The notes beneath the pieces are model-generated. The model saw only the letters and a program-made list of their open reading frames with translations, searched no databases and had not been told where the DNA came from. Both the position numbers and the translations under genes were made by a program. A DNA stretch of 64,000 nucleotides from Obrimoposthia wandeli (Eukaryota). The DNA lies in NCBI GenBank assembly GCA_977020255.1, contig CDROCS010004142.1:1-64000 (forward strand), written 5' to 3'. Every line of letters starts with the position of its first letter. The first letter of the stretch is position 1. Positions 9,190 through 18,932 of the stretch are shown here, in pieces.

Positions 9190-9747
9190 ATGAAACACAA
9201 ATTTATAAAAATGGCTGCCTGTGCAGCTCTATTGACAAATGCGATGATAGGTAGTGCTTTTGCGGATGATAAACGTAATTTTGTTTACTTTCAGTGTGAT
9301 ACAAAAAATGAGAATGGTGCCATTATTTATTCACGTATTAGTAATATTTACACTTATCAAGGAGATGGCTATAGAGGTGATCAGTTGATAAGTAATGGCA
9401 AAATAAAAGCTATATTTGATGGCTTGCCTTATGAGTCGGATACTGGGTTACATTTAACAACTCAAGGAAAAATTAAATGTAGTTCAAATAAAGAAAACGA
9501 TAGATCGATAGGTAGCGTACTGTCCTATTTTATCAAATCATATTCGCATGAGTTTGGTGGTTATAAAACCCCATATGATGTGTTTGAAGGATTTCATAAG
9601 AAATCTGAGTACATCGCAGGGCTAAAAGAGCTTCGAGAGTTACGGGTGGAACCTTTAATAAAATATTCGTATATCAAATTTGAAAGGATGGGCGTTACTG
9701 GTGCTGCCGGAGATAAGGTAATTAAGCTTACTAGCGTTGTTGATTAA
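9190..9747 (+). CDS. Exported hypothetical protein
   Basis: GAGG RBS; signal peptide MKHKFIKMAACAALLTNAMIGSAFA. Confidence 0.75.
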   Translation: MKHKFIKMAACAALLTNAMIGSAFADDKRNFVYFQCDTKNENGAIIYSRISNIYTYQGDGYRGDQLISNGKIKAIFDGLPYESDTGLHLTTQGKIKCSSNKENDRSIGSVLSYFIKSYSHEFGGYKTPYDVFEGFHKKSEYIAGLKELRELRVEPLIKYSYIKFERMGVTGAAGDKVIKLTSVVD

Positions 9748-9917
9748 TATAATTACATGGTTTATTTGGTTATGTTGGGTAATTAAAAAAAACAATTTTC
9801 TTAGCTAACGCTCTTGGTTTGCTAATTTACTCGTACCTAACAGTAGTTGTAGTGATTAATTGTCAAATAGCGACAGCATAAACATCTGTATAAATTACCA
9901 AAAAAATACGACATACA

Positions 9918-9959
9918 GATCAATAGGGTTAGATCAATAAGCTCAGAGCAAATTGATTT
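9918..9959 (-). repeat. REP-like motif copy (reverse, partly duplicated)
   Basis: Reverse complement aaatcaatttgctctgagcttattgatctaaccctattgatct. Confidence 0.7.
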
Positions 9960-10137
9960 ATAACCCTTTGCTTAAACCTACTTCTAACTGCTGGCAATAC
10001 CTAGCTGTTTGGCTATCTGAGCTATTATTCTTTAAAATCATGAGTCCCATTGTCAATATTTAAATGAATGGCAATGGGGGCTCGTATAATCAGCTCAGTT
10101 AATAAACCTACTTCTATTCCAATTAGCTCTCTATTAG

Positions 10138-10290
10138 CCTCTATATCAGCGCTATCCATCAGTAAGCTTGCATAACACCCGCTATTACCAATAGGTCATG
10201 ATGGCTGCCTCGCTCTAAAATATTACCTTGGTTTAGCATTAAGATTTAGTTTGAATGTTGAATAGTACTTAGGCGTTGCGCAATCGCGAT
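10138..10290 (-). pseudogene. Decayed copy of the 3' end of the ABC transporter gene at 14709-16506
   Basis: Hand alignment to 14747-14900 gives about 129/154 identities; translates IAIAQRLSTIQHSN*ILMLNQGNILERGSHHDLL with a stop and a 1-nt gap. Confidence 0.9.
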
Positions 10291-10522
10291 CTTCCCTATA
10301 TCTACCTTTCTTTCTTTCTACCTCAAGTTCTGCCTATCTCCAATTCTCTTTACCTCCAATTCTACCTATTACCTCACTATTAATTATATTCATGTAGATC
10401 TGAAAATAATGAGTTTTACTAATTAACTGACCTTGCATATGATTAGCTCACGTTGTAATTGATAAACACATTGATTGGAGCGCTAACAGAACACTCATTA
10501 ATCGAGTACTGAGGAGATTTCC

Positions 10523-11230
10523 ATGCAAACTGATCATCTAGTAAAAAATGCAAATACTAACCGCGACCTTGAAACACGTTTAGCCGCTCAAGGTGTGTTA
10601 ACGTCAACTCGCGTTACTTGCAATGATTTACAGGCTGTATCAATAATGACAATGGATGCTCAGGTCGATCAGTTAGTGGTTCAGTTTGAACAGCAGCTAA
10701 AGCAAGGTAGCGACATTATTGAAGTTAACTTAACGTCTTCAGATACTGCAGATAAAGTCTGTGAGAAGGTTGCATTTTCTTGCTTAAAGGCAGCGAGAGT
10801 TGTGGCTAATTCTGCCTCTATTGCTTCAATTAATTCACCGACTACAACACAAGCGAAGCAACAGCCGTTATTGGTAAGCCTTGAGTTAGAAGCTAGTGCA
10901 TTGAATATTCCTCAACACAAATTGCATCATCTATTGCTGACGGCTCAGGCCCAAGGTGCTGACTTTGTAACCGTGAGCGATATTGTTGATGTAGGTGTGG
11001 CTAAAAGATTGATTTTTGCCGGTGATATGGTTGATGTGCCTGTGGTATTAAGTTTGCACCAGCAAGCTTTACAAGCTCAAGGGCATTGCGCAATAGAGCT
11101 TAGTCAGCAGTTATACCAAGCAGGTGCTGCCGCTGTCGGTGTTGAGGGTTATATTGGCCCACAAAATACTGATTCAGTTGATACTCACTGCTGGTTAACA
11201 GATAAGCGTGGATCACTGTATATCCACTAA
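10523..11230 (+). CDS. Divergent homocysteine S-methyltransferase-like protein lacking the Zn ligands
   Basis: GSDIIEVN, GADFVTVSDIVD, PVVLS and GAAAVGVEGYIGP echo the HMT barrel, but GxNC and terminal GGCC are absent; GAGGAG RBS. Confidence 0.5.
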   Translation: MQTDHLVKNANTNRDLETRLAAQGVLTSTRVTCNDLQAVSIMTMDAQVDQLVVQFEQQLKQGSDIIEVNLTSSDTADKVCEKVAFSCLKAARVVANSASIASINSPTTTQAKQQPLLVSLELEASALNIPQHKLHHLLLTAQAQGADFVTVSDIVDVGVAKRLIFAGDMVDVPVVLSLHQQALQAQGHCAIELSQQLYQAGAAAVGVEGYIGPQNTDSVDTHCWLTDKRGSLYIH

Positions 11231-11297
11231 GAGACCCAGGCTTTGAGTGTGCTTTGTTGCTGATCGAGATTAATCAGCACAAGCAGCTTGATGCGCT

Positions 11298-11810
11298 CTA
11301 TTTGTAATAGCCGAATGATTTTTTAAATTCAAGCAGGTTGCTGTTATCTATTTGGCTATCTGCTATGAATGTTTGCGAGACATGGAAATCTATACATTTT
11401 CCTGCTCTGTAGCCGTAATAATTAGCGTTATGTTGTATGAGCTTTTGACCTTTATATGTACCTTTGACTGAATAGGTAACGATTGAAAATGGCTCAGAAG
11501 GGCTGATTTTAATAGTATCTTTTTGTATGTTTGGATTTTTTGCAGAAAGTGCCCAGTAGTACTTCATGCACTGCGAACTTGTAGAGCCTTTGCCTTGAGC
11601 TGGTTCAACAAAACCTGAAAGATTGAAGCCCACCTTAGTTGATGCTTTAAGTTGGTAATCAGTAGGTGAAGCGCTACCTCGTTGCTTGACAAGCTTTGGC
11701 GAGTTAAATTCAAATCCCCAAGTTTCACCTGGCACCATGAAAATACTACTGGCATGCAGTGCTGGCGAAAGCGTTGCTAATGCGAAGACTAAAAATTTTT
11801 TCATCATCAA
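11298..11810 (-). CDS. Exported hypothetical protein
   Basis: Signal peptide MKKFLVFALATLSPALHA; two Cys; intact ORF. Confidence 0.75.
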   Translation of the reverse strand: MMMKKFLVFALATLSPALHASSIFMVPGETWGFEFNSPKLVKQRGSASPTDYQLKASTKVGFNLSGFVEPAQGKGSTSSQCMKYYWALSAKNPNIQKDTIKISPSEPFSIVTYSVKGTYKGQKLIQHNANYYGYRAGKCIDFHVSQTFIADSQIDNSNLLEFKKSFGYYK

Positions 11811-12117
11811 TCCTTGATAGTTTTAAGGCAAATTTACCTGCAGGTTCCTTAGGTCAATTCAATAAAAAGTGAATAAGCCATTAACATTTGCCTGCTTAGA
11901 GCGTCAATACTGCAATATTTTTAACGGGTTTACTAGCAGGCTATTGAATCTAAGGCCAGACCCTAAGATAAAAGTCTAAGATAAAAGTCTAAGACAAGAA
12001 TTTAAAAGAAGAGCTTAAGGTGCACTCATAAAGTGATGGCCGTGTATCAATCTGTATCTAGCGCTAGTGCATAAAGGAGTGCTTACTGTATGTGTAGAGC
12101 TGTTTTACACTATGAAA

Positions 12118-12162
12118 ATGTCGTATGTTTGCATTGAATATATGTCGTATGTTTGCTATATT
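12118..12162 (+). promoter_or_regulatory. Sigma70-like promoter overlapped by 15-bp direct repeats (putative autoregulatory operator)
   Basis: ATGTCGTATGTTTGC at 12118-12132 and 12142-12156; TTGAAT(12134)-17 nt-TATATT(12157). Confidence 0.65.
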
Positions 12163-12187
12163 TAAATGTAATAGTTGAGGGGGTATC

Positions 12188-12586
12188 ATGACGATTGCAA
12201 ATAGAGTGAGGACAAGGATTAATCGTTCAAAACGCTATGTTTTCGCACGTGCCGATTTTTCGGATATTGCAGGGTATGACCAAGTCGGTCGAGAATTAAG
12301 AAAACTCGTTAAAATCGGCTTGTTGCTGCGCATTGCTTATGGTCTTTACACCAAAGCTAGAATCAATAGTATTACTGGGGAGATTATGCCTGCATCACCT
12401 AGTGGTGCTGATGGTGTGATTTTAGAAGCTATTAAAAAACTTGGTGTTGATTATAGGTTTGATGATTTCTCCCAGCAAAGTATTAATGGAAGTAGTTTAC
12501 AAATACCTGCGTCATTTGAAATTATTACCAGTAATCGATTTAAGCGTAAAATTGTAGTTAGCAATCGAGCTGTTAATGCGGGTTGA
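12188..12586 (+). CDS. AbiEi-type antitoxin / DUF6088-like transcriptional regulator
   Basis: VF.R.DF.D...YDQVGR.LR.LV..G.L.RI.YG.Y winged-helix signature; overlaps the start of the AbiEii gene. Confidence 0.8.
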   Translation: MTIANRVRTRINRSKRYVFARADFSDIAGYDQVGRELRKLVKIGLLLRIAYGLYTKARINSITGEIMPASPSGADGVILEAIKKLGVDYRFDDFSQQSINGSSLQIPASFEIITSNRFKRKIVVSNRAVNAG

Positions 12587-13472
12587 TAAAAATACTTTCA
12601 TTGAAGTTTCTGATGCCTTAGAAATGGGCAACCGCTTATTGCTTATTGTTTGTCACAGTTTACTGCTTTGTCATAAATCGTTTTTCATTGATCTTCACCG
12701 AATGTCAGAAGATGTTGATATTAAGATGATCCCACAACATGCATTTGAAGAATCAAGCTCAAGAGGTGCCCGTAAAAAAGCTAGAAAACAAAATTATCTA
12801 GCGGTTGTTAAGCGAATAAAAGAAAGTAGCTTTTTCTCTATTGAAGGTGAGCCGACTTGTCGAGATGAATATAGATACCAGGTTATTGATGTTTGTTATC
12901 CGCAGTCACATACAATAGCACCATGTTTGAGACCTTTTATAAAACTAGAGTTAATTGAAACCCTGCTTTACGATGAAATTCAATACCGACCTATAACATC
13001 ATTAACAGCAAAAGCTTATAAAGAAAATGCTGAAATAGATGCGATGGCATTTACGAGTATATTGAGTACTCAAACGGAAAAAATAATCTCAATGCTTAGA
13101 CGCACTGCTAGCTTTTATAGAGATAATAATAGAAGTGAAGATCCAGCGTTAATTCGTCATATTTATGATACGTTTCATATTCAAAACGCAGGTGAAGCAG
13201 ATGTTGCCGAGATCATACCGCTGATTAAAGAAGTCATCATTGATGATGTGAAACGATTCGGAAATCAACACACTCAATTTGTTAATGATCCAATTTCTGA
13301 ATTGAAATTTGCGTTGAAACTGCTTGAAGAAAACAGTGAATTTGAAGATAGATTCAACCAATATGTTGTGCCAATGGTGTATGGCAGGGGAGTAATTACT
13401 TGGGCTGAAGCATTCGATACTTTTAAAAAAACTGTCAACGCTGTGTTTGAAGAATTAGATAAAAGCAGATGA
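12576..13472 (+). pseudogene. AbiEii-family nucleotidyltransferase toxin, N-terminal catalytic segment disrupted
   Basis: RMSEDVDIK, PFIKLEL, EKIISMLRR and RHIYD motifs are present, but the EKDY and GGT motifs expected before RMSED are replaced by out-of-family sequence. Confidence 0.7.
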
Positions 13473-13541
13473 ACCACAGTTGCTACTACTCACATGGTAA
13501 ATGTCTCCTCATCACTCCGGCGGTAAGCTGGCACTATTGAT

Positions 13542-13597
13542 CTGCCTCGCTCTATAATCTTACCTTGGTTAGCACTAATATTTAGTCAATCAGAATG
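13542..13597 (-). pseudogene. Second, shorter decayed copy of the ABC gene 3' end
   Basis: ctgcctcgctctataatcttaccttggttagcactaatattt...cagaatg aligns to 14815-14867. Confidence 0.8.
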
Positions 13598-13826
13598 CCC
13601 TTATCTAGCGATAAGGTATGAAGTGACAGTGCATAAAGCAGCTCTTACGTATAAAAGGTCATAGAAAACTGATGTTTTGTTTTTTGCCACGAGTTCTAGG
13701 TTTATAAGCTCTACTTAAAATTTAATACTTAGAAGGTATAATAAAGGTTAAATGTTTGGCTAGATTAACTGATAAACAAGGTCAGATTAGCGGTCGTTAT
13801 GGCTTGTGTGATCAAATAATAATTAT

Positions 13827-14219
13827 TTAATCTTCTGATTTCTTAGAGGGATTGGTAGGCACGACTTTATTTTCTACCAATGAGTACGATGTAATAGCCG
13901 CACGGTTTTCAATCAAAACAGCGGCGTTGTCATGCTGACTGTAGCGTTGAGCATTGTGAATGAATAAGGCTAAATTATCTTGGTATTGCATTTTGCGTTC
14001 AGCATCATTTTGATTGTTCAGATCAATAAAGCTTTGATTATCAAGCTCAGAAGAAGATAGCTGTTGAGCCTGTTTACTAATTTTGACTGTATCTTCAATG
14101 GCTATAGGCGCCGCTGCATCTGGAGTATTGTTTAATTGGGGCTGCTGGGTTTTGTGTATTGTGCTGATTGTTACATTACTGGAGATTAACATAATGATGC
14201 TACCTATTTTATATCTCAA
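13827..14219 (-). CDS. Hypothetical protein
   Basis: 130-aa ORF with DTVKISKQAQQL-type low-complexity motif; start uncertain. Confidence 0.5.
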   Translation of the reverse strand: MRYKIGSIIMLISSNVTISTIHKTQQPQLNNTPDAAAPIAIEDTVKISKQAQQLSSSELDNQSFIDLNNQNDAERKMQYQDNLALFIHNAQRYSQHDNAAVLIENRAAITSYSLVENKVVPTNPSKKSED

Positions 14220-14331
14220 GCAGAGTGTTAATAGAGCTTAGAGTCATGTGAATTTTCGTGCTTTACATGGTAATTTATACGCAGCTAGCATTTTATAGAT
14301 TCAATTAGTTGAAAAATCTAGCTTCAATCGT

Positions 14332-14580
14332 TTGGTTTTAGATGAAGCAGAGGATTTAAAAGCGATATCTATTCGCATGCAGAACTCGCTAATTGATGAT
14401 TTAAAATTAATAGCAAAAATAAACGGGCTAGATTATCAGCCACTCATTAAGCAAGTGCTGTTGCGCTTTGTTGACGCTGAGAAAAAGCAGTGGTTAAAAG
14501 CAGCAGCCAGTGCAGTGGAAGACCAGCAAAAAGAGAGCCGAAATGAAGGGGAGTTAAGCGACAAATGCGTAGTTGCTTGA
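14332..14580 (+). CDS. CopG/RHH-type antitoxin-like protein, probably 5'-truncated, no toxin partner
   Basis: ISIRMQ.SLIDDLK.IA..NG..YQPLIKQVL.RF motif. Confidence 0.6.
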   Translation: MVLDEAEDLKAISIRMQNSLIDDLKLIAKINGLDYQPLIKQVLLRFVDAEKKQWLKAAASAVEDQQKESRNEGELSDKCVVA

Positions 14581-14598
14581 CCTTTGATTTAAGTAATT

Positions 14599-14623
14599 AG
14601 CCTCGCCTATAGCGAGGCTTTTT
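14599..14623 (+). terminator. Rho-independent terminator
   Basis: agcctcgc-ctata-gcgaggct followed by a T run. Confidence 0.8.
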
Positions 14624-14708
14624 ATAGATATGGAAGATGCATTACCTACGATTCGTGATGGGCATCAATAAGCTCAAAGCTAATCAATCCTACCCTCAAG
14701 CATCAACC

Positions 14709-16506
14709 TCAAGCATCAACCCCAGGTATCAGCAACGTCTCATCATCCTCTATATCAGCTCCATCCGTCAGTAAACGTGCATAAACACCCGCCATTGCCA
14801 GTAAATCATGATGGCTGCCTCGCTCTACAATCTTGCCTTGGTTGAGTACTAAGATTTGATCAGAATGTCGAATGGTACTTAGGCGGTGAGCAATCGCGAT
14901 AACGGTCTTTTCTTCAAACAAACGTCCAATGGCTTTCTGAATTAAATTCTCGGTAATGGAGTCTACTGAGCTGGTGGCTTCATCTAGCATCATCACTTGT
15001 CCGCCTTGCGCTACTGACCGTGCAAAGGAGATTAGCTGAGCTTGGCCTGCCGATAAGTTACTGCCATTGTTTTTTAGCTCAAAGCGGTACTGATCTGCTA
15101 GGTCTAAAATAAAGTCGTGGGCATAAACGTATTCAGCGGCGTCGATCACGGCGTTGTCTGTAATTTCTTGAGCGCCTAGAGAGATATTAAAATGGATATC
15201 CTTTTCAAACAGAAATACATCTTGTTGCATCAAGGAGAACAAGTGCAGCATTGAGTCTTTGGGAATGCTTGATAGTTCAATACCGTTGAGTTCAATGCTG
15301 CCTTGGTAGTGCATGTAGGTTTTATTCATGATGCGAATGATGGTTGATTTACCTGAACCTGTGGTGCCGACTAAAGCTAATTGTTCGCCTTTTTTTAGCA
15401 TAAAGGACACATCATCTAAAACGTAGGGGCCTGTACCGTTATATTGAAAACGCACATTTTTGAATTCAAGAGTCTCAAAATTAGCCAGCTTATCTTTTAA
15501 TGACTCTGCTGATAAAAGGGCTAGCCCTTGTTCTTCTAAATCTTCTACAAAAAGCTCTTCAATGTGTTCAAAGGCTGCAAAAGAGCGCTGTATGGAGCGT
15601 TGAGGGTGAGAAGTCGCACCTTGTGCAATTTACTTTTCTAAGGTATTGATGAAGGCGATCAATACACCAAGGCGGCTCTAAACCCCGCCAGCACGCGCCT
15701 TTGCTGACCCGCGCAAATGTGGGTCCGATGGTGATGGAGGTTATGCCCGTTATTACCGAGAATAAGCTGGCATCGTACTTATTAGTTTTTAATTGCGCGC
15801 GTAAAAAATCTTCGGTGTAACGATGATACTTAGCTTCTACTTCTGCCTCGGCACCATACAATTGCACTGTTTTTACACCTAACAAACACTCTTGTAAAAA
15901 GCCTGTGCTTTTGGCTAAAGATGAGCGGGTAATAATATACATTTTACGTAGGCGATTGCGCACATACTGGGTCAGCATCAACACCGGAGGAAACACCAGC
16001 AAGACTAACAGGGCTAATTGCCAGTTAATGAAAAACATAAATATGAGTACGGCTAACGTATTGATTGAGTCTTTCACCAAGCTCAGCACACCCAACACAA
16101 ACGAGTCACCTATGACTTCTAAATCGCCGGTTAAGCGTGACAACGTAACACCGGTGGGTGTTTTGTCATAGTAGGTTCTGGGCAGTTTTAAAACGCGCTC
16201 AAACAAGGCCATACGAATATCAAAAATAGCCTTTTGACCGGTTATACGCAAACAATAAGTGTAGATGGCATCGGCAATGTAGTTGACGATTAATACCACC
16301 AACATGATGGTAATTAGCATCATCAACCCATCGTATTTTCCCGGTGTAAGGTGCTCATCAATCACTTGAATCACTAGCCAGGGGAACATCAAATTAGCCA
16401 GCACTGATATTGGCATCATTAACAAACCAATGATGGCCGTTTTTTTGTAGCGTGATGCATAGTGAAAGAAATGTTTGAGGTATTTTACATCAAGAGATTT
16501 AATCAT
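14709..16506 (-). pseudogene. ABC exporter permease/ATPase subunit (MdlB-like), reading frame broken at about 15590-15730
   Basis: N-terminal TMD ORF 15568-16506 plus NBD ORF with GTTGSGKST, LSAGQAQ, LDEATS and AHRLST; LGVLIAFINTLEK is recoverable in another frame at the junction. Confidence 0.85.
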
Positions 16507-18371
16507 GAGGCGCTCTCCGACTCATTGTGCTCGCTTGGCTTCTTATGTTGCTCGCTTTGCACTTCATGGCGCTGTAATTCCCAAGTTTGGCGGTAATAGC
16601 TAGATGACTTAAGTAGTTGAGCGTGAGTGCCACGTGCGATGATTTCACCGTGCTCTAATACCAAAATATTGTCCATGTATTCCAATGCGCTAACGCGATG
16701 AGAGACCACCAATAAACTCTGGCCTTGCATGCGCTTGAATACTCCTTTTAGAATTGAGCGCTCAGTGTCGTAATCAACAGCTGATAGCACATTATCCATA
16801 ATGATAAGATCGCAAGGAGTGAGTAGGGCACGGGCGATGCTCAGGCGTTGCTTTTGACCACCTGATAGCATGATGCCTTTTTCACCGACTAAGGTTTGAT
16901 CTCCCGCGCTAAAGCGTTGCACATCATCACTTAACTGACTGAGGTTGAGTACCTGTGCTACGTCGAGATCAGTTTTGTCTTGAGCTTGGCTTTGGTCTTG
17001 CTGCTTGGCTCCGAATGTTACGTTTTCAGCAAGGGTGTCGGAAAACAAAAAAGGCTCTTGGGTAATGGTACGCACATAGCTGCGCCAATCTTTACGTGAC
17101 ATCAGTGTGATGTCTTGATCACCCCAAAAAATTTGCCCCGTTTCAAGAGATAAGTGATGATTCAAACAATTTACTAAGGTGCTTTTTCCTGAACCAATAC
17201 TGCCCAAAACGCCGACCTTTTCGCCCGCTTTGATAGAGAAACTTAGGTTCTTTAGCACCCTGTCACTAAGGCTGCTTTTAGAATCAGAACTAGAATCAGA
17301 ACTAGAATCAGAACTAGAATCAGAATAGCTATAACTGAGGTTTTTTACTTCAAGGGTAGATCCTCGCAAGGCGGCTTTTTCAGTATCGCTCATGGTTAGC
17401 ATATCAGTGCTGGGTATTTCGTTATTGAGAATACTCTGCACGCTATCAATACTGATCATACCCATTTGATAAACGGTGACAATACGGCCTAAGTGCATCA
17501 GCGGTAGCGCTAATAAGACGGAGTAAGATAAAAACGCAGTAATCTCGCCGATCGACAGTTGTGCCTGTAAAAGATAGTAACCACCGAGTCCTAAAATGAG
17601 CACTTTCATGAAGTGGTTGGCGTAATCCAAAATAGGCATAAAGAAGGTTTGGATTTTGGCAATTTTCATCGTGCACTCAAACAGGCGCTGGTTTACCTTA
17701 GCGACTTCGCTGGTGGCCCAATCACCCATTTGCTGATTCTTAATCAAATCAATGCCTGATAAATAGTTCATCAGTTGCTCAGATAAGTTCTGCAGGCATT
17801 TCAATCGCTGCGCTTGTAAGGCGCGTAATTTTCGATAACCGAGCCAAAAAATAACAGAAGCAGTAATGATTGGGATGACAGAGTACATCGTTAGTTGTGG
17901 AGAAATTCTCCACATCCAAATCGGGGTAAGAGAAAGGGCAAATAAAATATTAAAAAACTGTAAAAAACCAATGCCATAAAACAAGCGAATACCGGTGAGG
18001 TCATTATTGATAATAGAGATAAGTTTGCCAGAGGCATATCGCTGATGAAAAGTTGAAGGTAGACGATTTAAACGATGAAATACATCATTTTTTAAAGTTG
18101 CTTCTGTCATGCGTCCAGGATTTAACGCGTACATACGCGACAAAATGCGGATCACTACCATGACCACTGATAGCCCAATCACCCACTGTACGTTTTCAAG
18201 TAAACCGGCTTTTGATTCAATCGTTGATTGATTGAGTAAATCTACCGCAAGCTGGATGTAGCGCGGAATTTCTACTTGCAGATAATTCACCACAAAAATA
18301 CACACAACCGCAAACAAATATGAATATTTGTTCAACATTAAGTAGTGAATTATAAATTTTGATTTAGTCAT
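16503..18371 (-). CDS. ABC exporter permease/ATPase subunit (MdlA-like)
   Basis: TMD plus GSIGSGKST, LSGGQKQR and SHR motifs; coupled to the downstream subunit. Confidence 0.92.
   Translation of the reverse strand: MTKSKFIIHYLMLNKYSYLFAVVCIFVVNYLQVEIPRYIQLAVDLLNQSTIESKAGLLENVQWVIGLSVVMVVIRILSRMYALNPGRMTEATLKNDVFHRLNRLPSTFHQRYASGKLISIINNDLTGIRLFYGIGFLQFFNILFALSLTPIWMWRISPQLTMYSVIPIITASVIFWLGYRKLRALQAQRLKCLQNLSEQLMNYLSGIDLIKNQQMGDWATSEVAKVNQRLFECTMKIAKIQTFFMPILDYANHFMKVLILGLGGYYLLQAQLSIGEITAFLSYSVLLALPLMHLGRIVTVYQMGMISIDSVQSILNNEIPSTDMLTMSDTEKAALRGSTLEVKNLSYSYSDSSSDSSSDSSSDSKSSLSDRVLKNLSFSIKAGEKVGVLGSIGSGKSTLVNCLNHHLSLETGQIFWGDQDITLMSRKDWRSYVRTITQEPFLFSDTLAENVTFGAKQQDQSQAQDKTDLDVAQVLNLSQLSDDVQRFSAGDQTLVGEKGIMLSGGQKQRLSIARALLTPCDLIIMDNVLSAVDYDTERSILKGVFKRMQGQSLLVVSHRVSALEYMDNILVLEHGEIIARGTHAQLLKSSSYYRQTWELQRHEVQSEQHKKPSEHNESESAS
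17281..17325. repeat. In-frame 12-bp tandem repeat GAATCAGAACTA encoding an SDSS linker
   Basis: Three full copies and one partial copy. Confidence 0.95.
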
Positions 18372-18636
18372 TACTATCTAAACCTTCCTTGTTTGTAGGT
18401 AGATCGGTTATAGGTGGATTGTTCATAGATGGATGATTGATAGATGGATGATTGATAGATGGATGTTGTGCAAGGCAGGCATCGATAATCAACTCTCTAG
18501 GGTCTCCTTGTTCACTCAATTGCTCGAGTAACCATTCAGGCAACCGAATGGGTTGAGTTTTTACACCGGGCTTGCGACCGCAACCGCTTCGCTTGCCGCC
18601 ATGATCACAGCAACCGTCATTAAATTTATTGGGCAT
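18364..18636 (-). CDS. Small putative DNA-binding protein (GGxRxGxGRK motif)
   Basis: HGGKRSGCGRKPG...IRLP; GGAGG-type RBS upstream; overlaps the ABC start codon. Confidence 0.6.
   Translation of the reverse strand: MPNKFNDGCCDHGGKRSGCGRKPGVKTQPIRLPEWLLEQLSEQGDPRELIIDACLAQHPSINHPSINHPSMNNPPITDLPTNKEGLDSND
18425..18465. repeat. 15-bp tandem repeat ATAGATGGATGATTG encoding PSINH repeats
   Basis: Two full copies and one partial copy. Confidence 0.92.
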
Positions 18637-18671
18637 TTTTATTCACTTGAAAGGAGGGGGACGTAATAACT

Positions 18672-18693
18672 TTGATAAGTGTACATTTATCAA
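18672..18693. promoter_or_regulatory. Near-perfect 22-bp palindrome, putative operator
   Basis: TTGATAAgTGTACAtTTATCAA upstream of the small gene/ABC operon. Confidence 0.55.
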
Positions 18694-18932
18694 GTGTTAT
18701 ATGCTACTTCTATTGATTACAAGTGCCTTAAGAATTTTACTCTGTGTATTATTTTCATAATAGTTGAATCAACATGGCCTTGAGTCGTTATGATTTGATT
18801 AACGAAAAGCAATAGCTATACTAAATCTAGCCAACGGCATTGGTTTCTATAAAAGCAAATAAAACAACAGCTTAATAATGTATCTTAGTTTATGAATCAC
18901 TCTAGTATTAATATTTATCGAAAGGAAATTAT

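Noticed and set aside
1451-9959. CRISPR interpretation of the 25-bp motif or CATCC repeats
   Set aside because: Spacing is irregular (hundreds to thousands of bp), orientation is mixed and no cas genes are present.
10400-10522. SAM, SAH or cobalamin riboswitch upstream of the HMT-like gene
   Set aside because: No consensus riboswitch motif is recognisable by eye; an Rfam scan would settle it.
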